A DNA stretch of 64,000 nucleotides from Clostridia bacterium (GCA_018432615.1 JAHDSQ010000031.1:6009-70008), one strand, 5' to 3'. Positions 46,411 through 56,218 are shown, counted from the stretch's first letter. Made by a program: numbers and translations. The notes: generated by a model from the letters alone, not told the origin.

Positions 46411-48387
46411 ATGAGTTTAAATAACAAAACCGTTGCCCTGCCCTTTACGTCTGCGGAGGTGTGCCTGGTAAGTATGCCTTACCATAACCCGCATTTGCCG
46501 TCATTAGCCTTGGGCTTGCTACAGGCGGCCTTAATGGCAGAAGGAATCGAAACGAGAAGCGTTTACGCCAACCTCTTGTTTAACGAGCAGTTAGGACATC
46601 CTCTCTATAACCGGCATCACGTTCCTGATCCCAGGTTGCCTTTGGCAGAGTGGTCTTTTTCACCCCTTGCTTTTCCGGGGTTTGACGCCGATGAGGGAAG
46701 GTTTATCAAAGCGACTTATCCCTTGTTAGGCAGAATAAGACGGCAGACTATAGAAGCCTACCGTGAAGAACTTCGCTTTGTACGCCGCCAAGCGGAAGTA
46801 TTTATTAGTGATCTGGCGGAGAAAATCCTCAGTCTGTCGCCACGCATCGTGGGCTGTACATCAAGTCTGGCCCAGAAAGTGCCTTCCTTGGCCTTGTTGC
46901 GGAAAATCCGTGAGCTTGACCCAAAAGTAGTTACTTTAATGGGAGGTGCGGATTGTGAGACAGTGATGGGTCTTGCGGCTCATCAGCATTTCACCTGGCT
47001 TGACTATATCGTGTCAGGGGAAGGGGAAGATTTAATCGTTCCTTTGGTAAACAGTATCTTCGAGTTCAACCGAGAGGTTCCGCCTGACAGGCTGTCCAAA
47101 GGGGTATTTGCTCCTTGTCACAGGGATAGCGGATACCTTGAGATAAAAGAACAGGGAGAGGACAGCTATCGAGCGGTGGCGGAGTCCTTTGGGAGGCAAC
47201 GTCTCCCGCTCTATCAGGACTATTTTGACACATTGGCGCTACTGCCTACCCTGAGCGGTTTAATCCGGCCAAGCCTGCCTATCCAGGCCTCAAGAGGGTG
47301 CTGGTATGGAAAGTGCAAATTTTGCGGTTTGAATGCCCCGGAAATTCCCTACCGCTCACGCCCGTCTGAAGACGTACTTTCTGAAATGGATGAGCTTAAC
47401 GACCGACACGGTGTGACACATTTTGAGTTTCTGGATAACGTCCTTGCTAAGGGGCATATTGATGATTTATTGCCTAAACTTGCGGATAGGGGAGCCCCTT
47501 ATAAGTTGTTTTATGAAATCCGTTCGGATTTGTCGAAAAAGCAAATTGCATCCCTGCGGGCGGCGGGGGTCGTCATTTGCCAACCCGGGATAGAAAGCCT
47601 GCATAGCGAGGCTTTAAGAGCGATGAAAAAAGGGGTTACAAGCTGGCAGAATATCCAGACGTTGAAATGGTGCCGCCAGTATGGCATCAAGGCTAAATGG
47701 TCTATCATACACGATCTTCCGGGGGATCAGGACCACTGGTACCGGGAGATGGCGGAACTTGTTCCCCTGCTGGCTCATTTAAGCGAGCCCATGGGAATGC
47801 TGGAGGTTCAGTATCAACGCTACAGCCATTATTTTGACCACGCTGATGAGTATGGTCTAAAACTGGAACCCCTGTCATTGGACTCGCTGATTTATCCACT
47901 ATCTGAGGAAGTTATCAAGAATCTTTCCTATACACTGGACGACCGGTTCAGTGCCGGGGTTAGAGATAATCCCGGATTAGCTATATTATTTGCTCGTCCG
48001 GGACTGCGGAATTTGAAGAAGGCTGTTATCCGGTGGATGATGGGGGCTGATAATCGGAACGGGCCCATGTTGAGCATGAAAGTGGCTGACGACAAAATAG
48101 TCATCAGTGATTCCCGTTCTGTGGCTACAGCCTCTTCATTTCAGCTTGACGGAGCCGAAAGGGAGATATATCTTCTGTGTGATGAGGCCAGACCGGAGGA
48201 GCAGGTGAGACGGCTCCTGTTGGATAAGGGATATAACGAGCAGACTGTGGATACAGGTATCCACAGTCTGCTGGAAAAGAAAGTGATGCTTCGGGTTGAC
48301 CGACGCTTACTGGCCTTAGCCTTAGAGGAGCCTGTTTTGGAATATATCTCCCCGGATCAGAACCCTATGGGATGGGTGAGTATCTAG
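46411..48387 (+). CDS. B12-binding-domain radical SAM enzyme (RiPP maturation rSAM, TIGR03975-like; candidate C-methyltransferase)
   Basis: The N-terminus VCLVSMPYHNPHLPSLALGLLQAAL is typical of the cobalamin-binding-domain rSAM group found next to Nif11/NHLP precursors. The cluster motif is RGCWYGKCKFCG (Cx4Cx2C as read; Cys codons at 47299, 47314 and 47323). Confidence 0.7.
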   Translation: MSLNNKTVALPFTSAEVCLVSMPYHNPHLPSLALGLLQAALMAEGIETRSVYANLLFNEQLGHPLYNRHHVPDPRLPLAEWSFSPLAFPGFDADEGRFIKATYPLLGRIRRQTIEAYREELRFVRRQAEVFISDLAEKILSLSPRIVGCTSSLAQKVPSLALLRKIRELDPKVVTLMGGADCETVMGLAAHQHFTWLDYIVSGEGEDLIVPLVNSIFEFNREVPPDRLSKGVFAPCHRDSGYLEIKEQGEDSYRAVAESFGRQRLPLYQDYFDTLALLPTLSGLIRPSLPIQASRGCWYGKCKFCGLNAPEIPYRSRPSEDVLSEMDELNDRHGVTHFEFLDNVLAKGHIDDLLPKLADRGAPYKLFYEIRSDLSKKQIASLRAAGVVICQPGIESLHSEALRAMKKGVTSWQNIQTLKWCRQYGIKAKWSIIHDLPGDQDHWYREMAELVPLLAHLSEPMGMLEVQYQRYSHYFDHADEYGLKLEPLSLDSLIYPLSEEVIKNLSYTLDDRFSAGVRDNPGLAILFARPGLRNLKKAVIRWMMGADNRNGPMLSMKVADDKIVISDSRSVATASSFQLDGAEREIYLLCDEARPEEQVRRLLLDKGYNEQTVDTGIHSLLEKKVMLRVDRRLLALALEEPVLEYISPDQNPMGWVSI

Positions 48388-48407
48388 CCCGGGGCTAAAG
48401 ATAGACA

Positions 48408-49037
48408 TTAACTGTGCTCATGGATTATTATGCCTTTTAAGAGCATCTGAAAATGGTCCAGGCATTGTTCCTTTAAATCCAAGTCCGGGTAGCGAATGCA
48501 CCATTCGTAAGTAATACCCCTGATGGCCAGAATACAGTGTTTGGCCAGAGTATCAACAGGCAGGTCCTTTTTGAAATCACCTTTTCTAACACCATCCTCC
48601 AGTATCGCGGCAAAGGCTTTGTAGAGTGCCCTGTCATAGCTTAAAGCCGCATCTGTATCTATGGTTTTGGTCAAGTGAGACTTATAGAGCATTTTAATAT
48701 TTTCATAACCGATTGTGTTAACAATGACATCGGCAATTTTCCCTGTCAGGGCCAGGAGAGTATCGGATATTGAAAGGGCAGGATCAAGGGCATCCAGAAA
48801 TGATTGATAATCCATATCCATTTCATTGACATAATCGACCATTAAAAGAGCCGCCAAGGAGTCCTTGGATTTAAAATGCACGTAGAAAGCGCCTTTGGAG
48901 ACACCTGCCGCTTCTACGATGGAGTCAACAGTAACGTTTTCATAGCCGTATTTCAGAAAGAGCGTCCTGGCGGCCGCGAAAATATTCTTTTTTGTTTGTT
49001 CGGCTTGGATTTTTCGCTTATTTATCCCTTTTTTCAT
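48408..49037 (-). CDS. TetR/AcrR-family transcriptional regulator
   Basis: N-terminal HTH IFAAARTLFLKYGYENVTVDSIVEAAGVSKGAFYVHFKSKDSL. Confidence 0.9.
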   Translation of the reverse strand: MKKGINKRKIQAEQTKKNIFAAARTLFLKYGYENVTVDSIVEAAGVSKGAFYVHFKSKDSLAALLMVDYVNEMDMDYQSFLDALDPALSISDTLLALTGKIADVIVNTIGYENIKMLYKSHLTKTIDTDAALSYDRALYKAFAAILEDGVRKGDFKKDLPVDTLAKHCILAIRGITYEWCIRYPDLDLKEQCLDHFQMLLKGIIIHEHS

Positions 49038-49068
49038 GGTGTTATTCCTTTACTCGACAAAGGATTTA

Positions 49069-49109
49069 TTATATAATGACTACAGTATGTGACTGCGGTC
49101 ATTATATAA
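49069..49109. promoter_or_regulatory. Perfect 12-bp inverted repeat in the tetR-MFS divergent intergenic region (candidate operator / paired -10 elements)
   Basis: TTATATAATGAC (49069..49080) and GTCATTATATAA (49098..49109) are separated by 17 nt. Each arm contains TATAAT on its own strand. Confidence 0.35.
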
Positions 49110-49208
49110 GATATTCATGATTATAGCAAGCCCTTATACATATTCTAAGGCTGCAAAGACGTGGGTGAAAGCGTCGGGTATGCGAGCCCTTGAGGATGAA
49201 AGGAATTT

Positions 49209-51473
49209 ATGGGAAACGAGGAAAGAGGTATACGGCGCAAGGTACTGATGATAGCTTTTGGCCTGCTGATTGCGATCATGTCTTTCACGGGTTTTGTCAA
49301 TTATATGACTTTTTCCTCCAGTTATAATCACGCTCTGGTTAATACCTATTCAGTGGCAGGTAATGAGTTTGTCCGGAGTATTGAATATGCGCTGGGTTAC
49401 GGTAAGCCGATTGACAATTACTATGGGATGCAGGACACCCTTAATGAATTACATAGTCTTGTTCCCGAGCTTGAAGATGTTTTTATTGTCTCCCCTCAGG
49501 GTGAGGTTTTGTACGATTTAGACGGTTTTGTCGAAGATAGTCGCTTGCCTGATGAACTCTTGGAGGCGGCGGTTTTCCGGCAAGGATTGATCAAAGAAAA
49601 ACTGAGTTGGCGATTCTTTAAAGAAAAGGCTTATGTCTTCATCGGCATCAGCCATCATTCCTCAGAGCAAAGCACAGCCAATCATGTTGCCAGTCTGATG
49701 TTGGTTTTCCCCAAGAGTACTTTTTTACAAGCCAACAGCCCCTTTGCCAGGAACTTGGGGGCCTGGCTGGCGGGAATTGCGCTAATTGCCCTGGCTTTAT
49801 TGTCCTTCATTTTTTTCAAGACCAAACTGTTTAATAAGGGGACCTTTAGCAAGAAAAGGCTCTTTCTTACTTTAATTATGACTATTGGCTTAGCACAGCT
49901 TTGTTACACCGGCGTAAATTACTCCCTTTTCAAAAACTCCTACACGGATATGGCCTATAAAAGCAGGGATTTTATCCATACCATCGTGACAAGGAATATG
50001 GAAGACGTATACGATAAAGGGCTTAGCCCGGAGAATATTACGGGGCTTGACGAATACCTGGCTTCAATCAAAGAAAGTTTGCCTCAGATTTCCGAAATCG
50101 GTATTGAGCCGGTTCGAGTTACTGTTTCCGGTGATTATGTACACCAGCAGATTTTCAAGGTTCTGTTGGATATGTTGACGGTGCTGGTTATCTCAGTATT
50201 TTTTATGACCGAGCTCGCCTTATTGGCGGTATTAGTTATCATGGCCAGAGGCCCTACCCAGGCCGCCTATCAAAGTATTGGTGCTAATGCCGGACATGGC
50301 TTGGCAAGATCGTTGATTTTTTTCGTTAACCTATGTGCCTGCATGTCCCTGACCTTTGTTCCGATCGTTATGAAAACTCTTTATCAGCCGATTCCGGGAG
50401 TGGCTAAGGATGTGGTTTTAGGTCTGCCGCTTTCGGCGGAAATGCTGGGAGGGATCCTTGCTATTATCCTGGCGGGGTGGGCAATCAATAAACGGGGATG
50501 GCGCTCAATCTTCTATGTTGGGGTTTTGCTCTTAGCGGCAGGGAATATACTGGCAGCGCTCAGTGCGAACGGAATGTTGTTCGTTGTTTCCCGAGGGATA
50601 GCCGGCTTGGGATTAGGACATATTCTGATGGCTATTCGCAGCTTAGTAGTATCACTGCCAGAGCCTAATGCCGCCATTGCGGAATTCAGTGCGGGATCGA
50701 TAGCGGGTTTAAACTGCGGTCTGGTAGTCGGCGGTTTGCTGGCTGACCGAATCGGTTACGCTGCGGTATTTTACATAGCAGCTGCTTTGGCTATAGTCCC
50801 GGTTATTCTTGTCCGACGGTTCATGACTGAACTTGAAATCCGCGAAAGAGAAGGGGAGCACGCCCCCATCCGGGAAAAAGTCAGGGAGTTTATCATAAAC
50901 AAGAAGACACTCTTGTTTCTGGCCTGTATATTTATTCCTTACTTTATCAGTGGAGCATTTCTGGATTACTACTTTCCTTTGTTTGCGTCTGCTCACGGTC
51001 TTTCCCAAAGTGATATCAGTAGGGGCTTTTTACTGAACGGCCTGTTCATTATCTATTTAGGGCCGATTTTGACCAGGTATGTTACCGGGAAACTGGGCAG
51101 TGTCAGGGGGATTATGGCCTCGATGACGATTGTGATAGGCGCCTTGACAACCTTCTTTGTTTGCGGCACTGTGCCCGCCGCCTTGGTGACAATTGCTTTA
51201 TTGGGCATTGCCGAGGGTTTCGGAGTTTCGCTGAAAACCACCTATTTTCTTAATTTGCAGGGAATCAGGGATTTGGAGATTAATCAAGGGATCGCTTATT
51301 TTAGTGGGATGGTTAACTTAAGCAGAATGACAGGGCCGATAATCTATGGGTTAGCTTTATCGTTAGGTGCGAAAACGGGGATAGGTCTTATTTCGCTAAG
51401 TATGTTTGTATTATTACTGGTGTTTATCTTTTCCGTGGGATTGAAGCCAACATACGGAAAAAGTGGGAATTGA
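49209..51473 (+). CDS. MFS transporter with a ~340-aa N-terminal extension (TM, extracytoplasmic domain, TMs)
   Basis: The C-terminal ~400 aa have about 12 hydrophobic segments and MFS-like loops (NKRGWRS, SRGIAGLGLG). The N-terminal part is not recognised. Confidence 0.65.
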   Translation: MGNEERGIRRKVLMIAFGLLIAIMSFTGFVNYMTFSSSYNHALVNTYSVAGNEFVRSIEYALGYGKPIDNYYGMQDTLNELHSLVPELEDVFIVSPQGEVLYDLDGFVEDSRLPDELLEAAVFRQGLIKEKLSWRFFKEKAYVFIGISHHSSEQSTANHVASLMLVFPKSTFLQANSPFARNLGAWLAGIALIALALLSFIFFKTKLFNKGTFSKKRLFLTLIMTIGLAQLCYTGVNYSLFKNSYTDMAYKSRDFIHTIVTRNMEDVYDKGLSPENITGLDEYLASIKESLPQISEIGIEPVRVTVSGDYVHQQIFKVLLDMLTVLVISVFFMTELALLAVLVIMARGPTQAAYQSIGANAGHGLARSLIFFVNLCACMSLTFVPIVMKTLYQPIPGVAKDVVLGLPLSAEMLGGILAIILAGWAINKRGWRSIFYVGVLLLAAGNILAALSANGMLFVVSRGIAGLGLGHILMAIRSLVVSLPEPNAAIAEFSAGSIAGLNCGLVVGGLLADRIGYAAVFYIAAALAIVPVILVRRFMTELEIREREGEHAPIREKVREFIINKKTLLFLACIFIPYFISGAFLDYYFPLFASAHGLSQSDISRGFLLNGLFIIYLGPILTRYVTGKLGSVRGIMASMTIVIGALTTFFVCGTVPAALVTIALLGIAEGFGVSLKTTYFLNLQGIRDLEINQGIAYFSGMVNLSRMTGPIIYGLALSLGAKTGIGLISLSMFVLLLVFIFSVGLKPTYGKSGN

Positions 51474-51483
51474 GGTCGTTGAT

Positions 51484-52629
51484 ATGATGAAAACGAAAAA
51501 AGTCATAATTTTATACCTGCTTTTGTTTATCGGACTGGTAGGGTGTTCTGCCGGGGATTTAGCCACACAAAGGGAAAGGCAGGTGCAGCAAGGTCGCGAT
51601 ATCCTTATCGCAGTTCCTGTTCCGCTGGAGTTTGCTGAGAAAAACACAAAATTTTTACAAGGGGTTGAACTTGCCCTGGAAGACATCAATAGGGAGGGTA
51701 TCAAGGGTAAGAAATTCAAGCTGGAAATCGTGGATGATCAGGCCAATTTTAAGACAGCTGTTGATCTGGCTCAGCGGTTCAGCAAAGAAACCGGCACTCT
51801 CGCAGTCATCGGACATTGGTATTCCGACATTTGCCTGCCCATATCCCAAATATATGAAGAAGCGGAGCTTTTGACTATAGTGCCTACCGTTTCCAATCCG
51901 GAGTTAACGGAAAAAGGGTATGAATACATTTTTCAGAGTATTACCAGTGACAAGAGGATTGCTGAAAAAATGTGCGCCTATGCTAAGAGTAAAGGGTATA
52001 CACGGGTAGTAGTCTACTATGAAGATAGCTCCTACGGAGAGAATCTGGCCAAAGCCCTGGAGGAAGAAGCAAGCCGCAGCGGCCTTGTCGTTGTTGACAG
52101 AAGGTCGGGAGTGGTAACCGGGGAACAGTTCAGAAATGCCTATGACAAATGGACGGCTTTGGAATTCGACTCGGTTATGCTGGCGGTGAACATGCCTGAA
52201 GGGGCAGATTTCATCAGGAACTTGAGACAGATCGATCAGGAGGCCGCCGTTATAGCTGCCGATGGCTTGGATGTGGCCGATTTCATAACTGAGATTGGGG
52301 AGGATGCCGAAGGTGCGGTTATTATGACCACCTATAACCCCAACGATAGCAGGACTAAACTGGAGGGCTTTACCGGAAGATACCGGGCGAAATATCAGGA
52401 AGAGCCGGATATCTGGGCCATTCAGGGATACGAATCATTACAGCTTATCGCCCACGCCCTGGAGGAAACCGATAGTTATTCACCGGCTGTGTTGGCTGAA
52501 TACTTGCGGCAAATGGAGCCGTGGCCGAGTGTTTCCGGAACGATTAATTTTAATCAAAACGGAGAGATTGAAGGACGCAGGATTTACGCTAAAGAAGTAG
52601 TGAACGGTCAATTCCGATATGCCGACTGA
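51484..52629 (+). CDS. Lipoprotein, LivJ/Peripla_BP_6-type ABC substrate-binding protein (no cognate permease in the window)
   Basis: Lipobox LVGCSAG. Blocks ILIAVPVPL, VDDQAN...A, AVIGHWYS and YYEDSSYG are typical of branched-chain amino-acid-type SBPs. The ATG at 51484 is 7 nt after GAGGT; the track start at 51463 overlaps the MFS gene. Confidence 0.7.
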   Translation: MMKTKKVIILYLLLFIGLVGCSAGDLATQRERQVQQGRDILIAVPVPLEFAEKNTKFLQGVELALEDINREGIKGKKFKLEIVDDQANFKTAVDLAQRFSKETGTLAVIGHWYSDICLPISQIYEEAELLTIVPTVSNPELTEKGYEYIFQSITSDKRIAEKMCAYAKSKGYTRVVVYYEDSSYGENLAKALEEEASRSGLVVVDRRSGVVTGEQFRNAYDKWTALEFDSVMLAVNMPEGADFIRNLRQIDQEAAVIAADGLDVADFITEIGEDAEGAVIMTTYNPNDSRTKLEGFTGRYRAKYQEEPDIWAIQGYESLQLIAHALEETDSYSPAVLAEYLRQMEPWPSVSGTINFNQNGEIEGRRIYAKEVVNGQFRYAD

Positions 52630-52656
52630 CTCCACGAAGTAAGGAAGGATTAAGCT

Positions 52657-54000
52657 ATGACGGAAAACAAGATTTTCAGAAAAATATCCCTGGATCGGTT
52701 ATCTTCCCCCGAAGAATTGGACCAGCGCCTAACTGTCATTTCACCCACAGGCTGGGTAGCGTTGTTTGCGGTGGGTATCTTAATTTTTGCCACCTTGGTG
52801 TGGGGTGTTTTCGGGAGGATTTCCGATAAGGCAATGGGTAGCGGAATTATTATCTCCGGCGGGGGTATTACCGGTTTGGTTCACCATGCCACCGGTCAGA
52901 TTAGCGATGTCAGCGTCCGTGACGGCGATTATGTCGGCAAGGGTCAGGTGATGGCACGTCTGGAGCAGACCCAGCTTATCGCGGATATTAATAAAAACAG
53001 AGAAGACCTGGCTGCGGTAAAAGCCATTGATTTGGATAGTCTGGAATTGAATGACAGCACGCGCAATTTTAATGTGTATAGCAGGTTTGGGGAGATTTAC
53101 AAGGGTTATCTGACGGCCCAGGCCAATTTGAATACCCAGACAAAGTATTACGAGGCGGAAAAAGCCAAAGCCGAGAACGAACTGGAAAAGGCCGGAATGC
53201 AATACGAGGCTGCTTTGGATAAATACAACAATTATAAAATTTTGTATGAACATGGTGCTGTTTCCAAAGACGAACTGGATGAGGCAGAGCGGGAAATGCT
53301 TAACTCCGAATCTTCCTACAATACCGTGAAGTACCATTTGAATGAACTGCCGCTGGCCCAGCTTAAGGAGGCGGAAACAGCCTTTGAAGCTCAGCGACAG
53401 TTGCTGAAGGACAATATCATCGCTTCTGTGATAGATTTGGAAAACACCATTCAAAAACAGCAAAATGAACTCCTAAGTAATAATGAGATAATAGCCGAGG
53501 TTTCCGGACGGGTCTTGGAAATGCAGGTGCAAAAAGGTGATATTTATCAAGCAGGAGAGGTCGTTTGCACGATAGCGGAAGAAGGTGAGCAAATCGATAC
53601 CCTGGAGGCTGTTATTTATGTACCGGCGGAGAAGGGCAAAAGAATTAGGCCCGGGATGGAAGTAAATATATCCCCGACTACGGTGCAGAAGGAAGAAAGC
53701 GGCTTTATGCTGGGCAACGTGGTAGAGGTTTCCGAGTACCCGGCCAGTGTCCAGGGAATGATGCTGACACTGGGCAATGCGGACTTGGCCAGACAGTTGT
53801 CGGGGAACAGTTCTCCCATCGAGGTCAGGGTAAAATTGATCAGGGACAGCAATACAGTCAGCGGATATAAGTGGTCGACGCCTAAGGGGCCGTCGATTGT
53901 CATAGACGGCGGGACGTTCTGCGCCGGGGAAGTAAAGATTGAGAAAAAACGACCGATCAGTATGGTCATACCTTTTATCAAGAAGCTTTTGCCTATCTGA
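52657..54000 (+). CDS. HlyD-family NHLP/Nif11 bacteriocin-system secretion protein (TIGR03794-like)
   Basis: The N-terminus IFRKISLDRLSSPEELDQRLTVISPTGWVALFAV is the signature of this subfamily as I recall it. It also has a coiled-coil middle and a beta-barrel C-terminus. Confidence 0.8.
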   Translation: MTENKIFRKISLDRLSSPEELDQRLTVISPTGWVALFAVGILIFATLVWGVFGRISDKAMGSGIIISGGGITGLVHHATGQISDVSVRDGDYVGKGQVMARLEQTQLIADINKNREDLAAVKAIDLDSLELNDSTRNFNVYSRFGEIYKGYLTAQANLNTQTKYYEAEKAKAENELEKAGMQYEAALDKYNNYKILYEHGAVSKDELDEAEREMLNSESSYNTVKYHLNELPLAQLKEAETAFEAQRQLLKDNIIASVIDLENTIQKQQNELLSNNEIIAEVSGRVLEMQVQKGDIYQAGEVVCTIAEEGEQIDTLEAVIYVPAEKGKRIRPGMEVNISPTTVQKEESGFMLGNVVEVSEYPASVQGMMLTLGNADLARQLSGNSSPIEVRVKLIRDSNTVSGYKWSTPKGPSIVIDGGTFCAGEVKIEKKRPISMVIPFIKKLLPI

Positions 54001-54052
54001 TAGATGCTAAAAAACCCGAACCAATGTATTGTGCTTTCAAGATTCTGAGGTG

Positions 54053-56218
54053 ATGAGCTTGCAAAGAAAAGGAAAAATGAAAAGGGTTCCCTCCATTTTG
54101 CAGATGGAAGCTGTGGAATGCGGCGCGGCTTCACTGGCAATGATTTTTGCTTATTATAAAAAATATCTGCCTTTAGAGCAGTTGCGTGTGGACTGTGGGG
54201 TCACTCGCGATGGGGTTAAGGCCAACAGTATCTTAAAAGCTGCCCGGAGGTATGGGTTTGTTGCCAAGGGTTTCCGGAAGGAGCCCGAAGGTTTGAGAGA
54301 GATGCCTTTACCGGCTATCATCCATTGGAATTTTAATCACTTCGTGGTCTTGGAAGGATTCGGGAAAGACGGGGTTTACATTAATGATCCGGGCTCCGGA
54401 CCCAGGACTATTGATTACGAAGAGTTTGACATGGCCTTTACCGGCGTGATTCTGACCTTTGAACCGGGGGAAGAATTTCAGCCCAGCGGGACAAAGAATA
54501 GTTTTATCGTTTCCTTGCGGCAGTGGTTGTCCGGTTCCCATACCGCAGTTATTTATCTGGTTCTGATTGGTCTCATTATGGTTATTCCGGGCTTGCTGGT
54601 ACCGGCTTTCAGTAAAATTTTTATCGATGACATCCTACTCGGGGGCAAAGGTGATTGGTTGAAACCTCTGCTGTGGGCCATGGGAGCGGCGGCCATTTTA
54701 CAGGGGGTATTGGTTGCCCTTCAGCAGTATTACCTGCTGAAAATGGAGACCAAAACCGCCATCAGTAATGCCGGGAAATTCTTTTGGCACATCTTCCGTT
54801 TGCCGGTGGAATTTTTTCAGCAGCGTTCAGCCGGAGATGTTTCCAACCGCCTGCAGAGCAACGACCAGGTAGCCGCGTTTTTATCCCGGGAGTTAGCCGA
54901 AACGGCGATAGGTTTTTTGACCATAATATTCTACTTTGTAGTCATGTTGCAGTTCAGCGTTATTTTGGCCTTGATTGCCCTGCTGATTGCCGCTTTGAAT
55001 ATCTGCTACCTCTTTTATTCTTCCAGTAAAATAGAGACCTTAAATGCCAAGCTTTTGCAGGATCAGGGCAAGGTAATGGGTTTTTCCATGTCCGGCTTAT
55101 TTATAATGGAAACTTTGAAAGCTTCCGCCTCAGAGTCGGACTTTTTTGCCAAATGGTCGGGATACCACGCCAAAGAAATCAATTCTCAACAAAAATTGGG
55201 CAAAACAGCGCAGGTGTTGTTACAATTGCCTGATTTTCTGTCGGAGTTTGCTAATGTTATTGTCTTGTTTGTGGGAGGGTTGACGATTATCAGCGGGAAT
55301 CTGACCATCGGCTCCCTGATTGCTTTCCAGGGACTGTTGGGTAGCTTTATGCAGCCGGTTAACGACTTGACACAGATGGGTATGAGGGTGAAAGAAGTCC
55401 AGGGTGATATTAACCGTTTGGAAGACGTTTTCAAGTACAAGTTGGATGAAAATGTTATTCGAGAAACAGAGACTGAGCATGAAGAGGATACTTGTCGGAA
55501 ACTGGAAGGCGACATAGAAATAAAGGATTTGTCTTTTGGCTATAGTCCATGGGATCCGCCCCTGATTGAGAACTTTAGCCTGAGACTCAAATCAGGTTCC
55601 CGGGTGGCCCTGGTGGGCGGATCCGGCAGTGGCAAGAGCACCGTTGCCAAACTAATCAGTGGAATTTATCTTCCCTGGTCGGGGGAAATACTTTTTGATG
55701 GCAAACGCCGGGAGGATTTACCTCGCGAGGTGATAGTCAACTCGATGGCCGTTGTGGATCAGGATATCACCATGTTTGACGGAACCATCAGGGAAAACCT
55801 TACCATGTGGGATGCCACCATCTCGGAATTAGATTTGATCCGGGCAGCCAAAGACGCCTGTATTCATGATGACATTACCTTACGGGACAAGGGGTATGAC
55901 CATAAGGTCAGTGAGGGTGGCAGTAACTTCAGCGGCGGCCAGAGGCAAAGACTGGAGATTGCCCGGGCCCTAACCGGTAATCCCTCCGTTTTGATTCTGG
56001 ATGAAGCAACCAGCGCCCTTGATGTCCATACGGAGAAACTGGTTGATGAGAACATCCGCCGTCGGGGCTGTACCTGTATAATTGTGGCCCATCGCCTGAG
56101 CACTATCCGGGATTGTGATGAAATCATTGTTCTGGAAAAGGGTAAGATTGTGGAACGCGGCACCCATGATCAGTTGAAAAATACCGGGGGGCTATATGCC
56201 CAGCTAATCAGCGCTTAA
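54053..56218 (+). CDS. Bacteriocin export ABC transporter with an N-terminal C39 double-glycine peptidase domain (TIGR03796-like)
   Basis: C39 motifs QMEAVECGAASLAMI (Cys), HWNFNHFVVL (His) and YINDPGSG (Asp). Six TM segments, Walker A GGSGSGKST, signature FSGGQRQR and Walker B LILDEATS. The start is ambiguous (TTG 54029, ATG 54053, ATG 54077). Confidence 0.9.
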   Translation: MSLQRKGKMKRVPSILQMEAVECGAASLAMIFAYYKKYLPLEQLRVDCGVTRDGVKANSILKAARRYGFVAKGFRKEPEGLREMPLPAIIHWNFNHFVVLEGFGKDGVYINDPGSGPRTIDYEEFDMAFTGVILTFEPGEEFQPSGTKNSFIVSLRQWLSGSHTAVIYLVLIGLIMVIPGLLVPAFSKIFIDDILLGGKGDWLKPLLWAMGAAAILQGVLVALQQYYLLKMETKTAISNAGKFFWHIFRLPVEFFQQRSAGDVSNRLQSNDQVAAFLSRELAETAIGFLTIIFYFVVMLQFSVILALIALLIAALNICYLFYSSSKIETLNAKLLQDQGKVMGFSMSGLFIMETLKASASESDFFAKWSGYHAKEINSQQKLGKTAQVLLQLPDFLSEFANVIVLFVGGLTIISGNLTIGSLIAFQGLLGSFMQPVNDLTQMGMRVKEVQGDINRLEDVFKYKLDENVIRETETEHEEDTCRKLEGDIEIKDLSFGYSPWDPPLIENFSLRLKSGSRVALVGGSGSGKSTVAKLISGIYLPWSGEILFDGKRREDLPREVIVNSMAVVDQDITMFDGTIRENLTMWDATISELDLIRAAKDACIHDDITLRDKGYDHKVSEGGSNFSGGQRQRLEIARALTGNPSVLILDEATSALDVHTEKLVDENIRRRGCTCIIVAHRLSTIRDCDEIIVLEKGKIVERGTHDQLKNTGGLYAQLISA

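Noticed and set aside
52780-53463. 227-aa minus-strand ORF inside the HlyD-family gene
   Set aside because: It is antisense to a gene with a clear family signature and operon context. Its sequence is low-information and it has no RBS.
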